Source: Takakia lepidozioides (taxonomy: Eukaryota > Plantae > Bryophyta). Taken from it: 64,000 nucleotides of DNA. The DNA lies in NCBI GenBank assembly GCA_030704615.1, contig CM060733.1, positions 35,526,001-35,590,000 on the forward strand, read 5' to 3'. The first letter of the stretch is position 1; every line of letters starts with the position of its first letter. Positions 60,408 to 64,000 of the stretch are shown here, in pieces. The position numbers and the translations under genes are program-made. The notes under the pieces were generated by a model that saw only the letters and a list, made by a program, of their open reading frames with translations, searched no databases and was not told where the DNA came from.

Positions 60408-63400
60408 ATGGCGCCTCGCTTTGGATTCAAAGACGCACCAAGAAGCCAGAGCCGCAGTAATGGTGCGTCTGCTAGCTCAGCGTCCTCCATATTGGCAGGT
60501 TTTCTTCTTTCTCTTATTGCTGCCTTTCATGCATTTTCCCTGCAGCCATACGGGTAGAGGAAACTATTTTGAAGAAGATCCAAAGTGGCCCTCCCCCCAA
60601 CCCTTGCCCCCCTCCTCAGTCGGCAGATTGTGAAGAGCCCAGAGAATTAAGTTTTGTTTGTGTCTTTTTTTTCCCTTGTCATTTCTGTTTTGGGTCACAT
60701 GCGAGGACCATCTCATCTGCAATTTTGCTCTCGCATGCCTAGAGGCAATTTATGCGTGGGAACGAAGGAACAATCACATTCACTAATCACATGTATAGTA
60801 GTTGAATGGTTGTGGGTTCCGTGAGAGTCGCAGAGGCGAGAAGGCTGAAGCAGTATGCAGAGAGAAAAGCGGAGGGGGAGGCTAAGCTGGGAGCACTCGA
60901 GCAGAGTGCCCACCAGTTCCAGAATGCTCTCACCTTGTCCCTTTCTCTCCCCAGCCAGGAAGAGGCTCTCTTTGACCTTGTGAGTAATCCCTCCCGTCTG
61001 CAACACCTTTATCACTCTGGTATTGTGTGGTGTGTGCTGCAACACGCAAATTAGTTATATTTCACAGGGTCCATGGTTGCTCGTTATGGTCGCTGTTGTG
61101 ACTGCAGAGTGTTACACACTGTGCATCTCTCTGTCTCTGTCTCTGTCTCTTTCTCTCTCTGCACGAGCCCGATAGCTTAGGGCATCTGGGGAGTACCTCT
61201 CCATCCTCTCTCTCTCCTCCTCACTTGGTGCTTGACATTCTGTAATTGGGGATGTCAGGGCGAAGTCTACCTGCTATGGTCAGGCGTATTGCAGACTAGG
61301 GTGGGCAGTCCTTTTAAAGGAAAGTTTAGCAAGCCTCAAGCACTCGAAGCACAATATCAGGCCTCTATTGCGGCAGCAAATCTCAGCCGGTGGGCAACTT
61401 TCCCAAGTTCTTTATGTTCAGACTTAGCTCTCGGAGGAGAAGTTGTTCAATTGAAGGGAGAAATGAATTGAAGTCTTGAATGTCAGGGATCAGTTTAGGT
61501 TTGATATTGAAGGTTATAAGTGTGCAGGCAGAGCTTTGAGATGTATGAGAGGGTCTGCGTACTGCAAGGTGGTGGAGAGCTGAAGGAGGAAGCCCGTGTA
61601 AACTCTGGGAATGCTCTCTGTGACTGGGCCTCACTTGCAAGAGGTATTCCAGAAGATAAAGGAGGTGGTATAGCTGTTGCTGCTGAGCTTTACAAACAGG
61701 CTGATGAGAGGTAGTTTATTCTCCTTGGAGGGCATGCAGATAAGTGAGAGTAGGCTCAACACATTGATTGTGGTTTCATACACAACAGAAATATTGTTTT
61801 GGGTTTGTGTGTGAGAGCTTTAGTAGTACTAGCTACAGTTGCAGGACAGAAGCTACTCTGGGGTGCAGGCTTCCTTTGCACAGTTTACTGCAAAACTGTG
61901 CAGGTACATGTCCCAAACTAGGGCATGTGTAGGATGGGATTACAGCGCCTCTCCTTTTCTCTTTGGACCTACTGAAGTTTAATGGGTTTCATCCTGAAAC
62001 AGTGACAACGATGTGAGGGAAAACAGGAGGACATTTATACCTGAACATAATGTAGTAGGCATGAATGTTAAGGAACAGATCATGGACAATGACATGGTAA
62101 AAAATGTCCAAAAAGCAATGGCCCCTCCAAGGGCCACCGTACTGACAATGGTGAACAATAGAAGGTGACCAGTGTGTTGTCTAGACTGCAAGCATTGCTC
62201 TCTTTGACTGCAGCATTTGAGATGTTCCTAACTAATATATCCAGGGGGGACAAAATTTCAACTCCCACTGTCCCCCACAACACCACAATAGTCACGAAGT
62301 TATTGACTGGGACAAACAGTGTTATGTATGAATGGCAGAAGTCCACATGCTAGCATGGCTTCAATGGCAAGCCCCAATTGTTGCATGTGACAGTGTCACA
62401 ACCTTGTCCTTGCAAAAATCCTGTGGATAATCATTGCCTTTTCATTACTACAATCAGACATAAATTTAGACTTTGGCCTATGAAGTCTGGCCAAGGTGGT
62501 CATGTCTACCAGAACATGCACACATAGACCTAGTTGATTTTGTTTGTCATACGCATGTATTTGCCACACTTTCTGATCCATGGGAGATGAAATGCAGAGC
62601 AGATATGTGGGAGCCCTTGCCAGTACTCCTGATGATGTGGAGATTCTCACTGACATGGGCGACTGCTGTGTCCAACGTGCTGAGCTGGCCACCATCTTGG
62701 TGCAGCAAAGTGGTGAACCCAGTTGTCCTCATGAATCTTGGGGGCGGGCCAAAGTCCTGTTTGAACAAGGGCTGAGTGCCTATGCTGCAGCTTGTGCTAA
62801 TGCTGATGCACGAATTGGGGATGATGTGGCTGGCCTCCTTCAAAACTGGGGTGCTGGTTTGTCCTCACTGGCAGAGGTGAGAGTTCAAACCAGGAATGTT
62901 TGAGATTGCCATTAGTACATATTTAAGTGGTTCAATTGTGTATAGCTCGGATGCAGGTCCATTTTTCAAAAGACTCCTGAGAAAGTATGAGTTGAGCAGG
63001 CAACAGTGTGGTTTGCTGATCCTGAACACATGGCACTAACTACAATCCTCCTTTTCTTTCAGCACAAATTTTCATAGAGCTCTTTTGGAAGTTCTCCCAG
63101 CATTACCTTCAAGGAGATGAAAATGTGAAAGGCAACATCTCTGTCTTCTTGCACAACTTAGACAATATTCAACATGTTAAGTTTTGGAGTGTGTTTGCAG
63201 CGAACTCCGGATGTGGAGGAAGCGAAGGAGTTGTTTAGGGGAGCACAAGAGAAACTAAGGTCAGCTATCAAGTTCCGGCCAACAGATGCCAGCCTCGCCA
63301 TTGCACTTGGAGAATCTCTCAGTAGTCAGGTCGAACGTTTTTTGAGTGAGCCAATGTTCCAACAGCAGGTTTGCTCTTACAAGGGAGTTCCCTATGCCAA

Positions 63401-63806
63401 TGTTTTCTGCTTGGCGGATATTTTATATCTGGACCTTTATGTCTCTTAAGACTTCCTCTTCTTGATCAGGGCAGTGTTATATGACAGAAGCTTTTCGTGG
63501 ACCTCAATCAACTTTATTCTGTTGTCTGATGACACAGAATTTCTTTATCTAATATGACACTTCCTTAAACTGAAAACTCAATCTTGGCATGGTAGGCACT
63601 GAAGCTTTTGGAGACGGCAGTTAATGAAGGGTTTGATGCTGCAATGAAAATTGACTCGACAAATGTGGAGGCCCTCTTGGGCTTGGGTGATACCCATCTC
63701 ACAGCTGGTAAAATTCTGTTCCGTTCAGGAAACCCTTCAAATGCAAGGGCTCACTGGGTGCGCAGTGCCGATGCGTACTTACGGGCGGTGAAGTTGCTAG
63801 CAGAAG
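60408..63806 (+). CDS. TPR-like helical repeat protein, multi-exon, continues beyond the window
   Basis: GT-AG-bounded exons encoding EEARVNSGNALCDWA, STPDDVEILTDMGDC, LLQNWGAGLSSLAE, AIKFRPTDASLAIALGE and IDSTNVEALLGLGDTH (TPR-type spacing). The ATG at 60408 is inferred. Confidence 0.75.
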
Positions 63807-64000
63807 GTGAATGGCATCAACTACTGTTGTTCTATTTACGATAATCTGGTGGTGATGTTGTCATCTTGGCTGGTTTATTCAATTACAAATATATAAGCTC
63901 ATATAATTGTTCTGTGTCATTAATTTAAGTCTGAAGCTAAACAAAGTTGCACTATCTTTGTGCAACTTTGTGCCTAAACATATTTACTAGCTTACTAGTT

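Noticed and set aside
60408-63806. Naming the TPR gene (e.g. HLB1)
   Set aside because: Only generic TPR similarity; no diagnostic sequence recognised.

Overview
Eukaryotic land-plant genomic DNA. Spliceosomal introns, a BAHD gene and a SAC3B gene support this; a non-seed plant such as a bryophyte is my inference. A 500-N scaffold gap at 32859-33358 splits the window. The left half is a nest of mobile DNA. (i) Three pieces of an unclassified, apparently TIR-bounded element (1-2500, 7513-8698, 26675-32858). It carries an intron-containing gene with a ParB/Srx-like N-terminal region (WD[G/V]NHR) and a beta-class DNA amino-methyltransferase-like C-terminal region (N6A/N4C type), a SWIM zinc-finger ORF at the other end, and GGCGCC-centred palindromes. 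This is the best candidate for an undescribed system. (ii) A ~116-bp palindromic satellite interrupted by a 2.2-kb TG..CA insertion with a 4-bp TSD. (iii) A full-length 13.3-kb non-chromoviral Ty3/gypsy element (9929-23247, minus strand, TSD GGGGC, tRNA-Arg-type PBS) nested inside an older copy of its own family. It has an extra ORF upstream of gag and a long extra ORF in frame with integrase. The right half holds decayed TE remnants (gypsy extra ORF, PIF/Harbinger, an L1-type LINE carrying a tRNA-derived SINE) and three host genes: a 2-exon BAHD acyltransferase, SAC3B, and a head-to-head TPR-like gene. All calls are by eye; no database searches were run.
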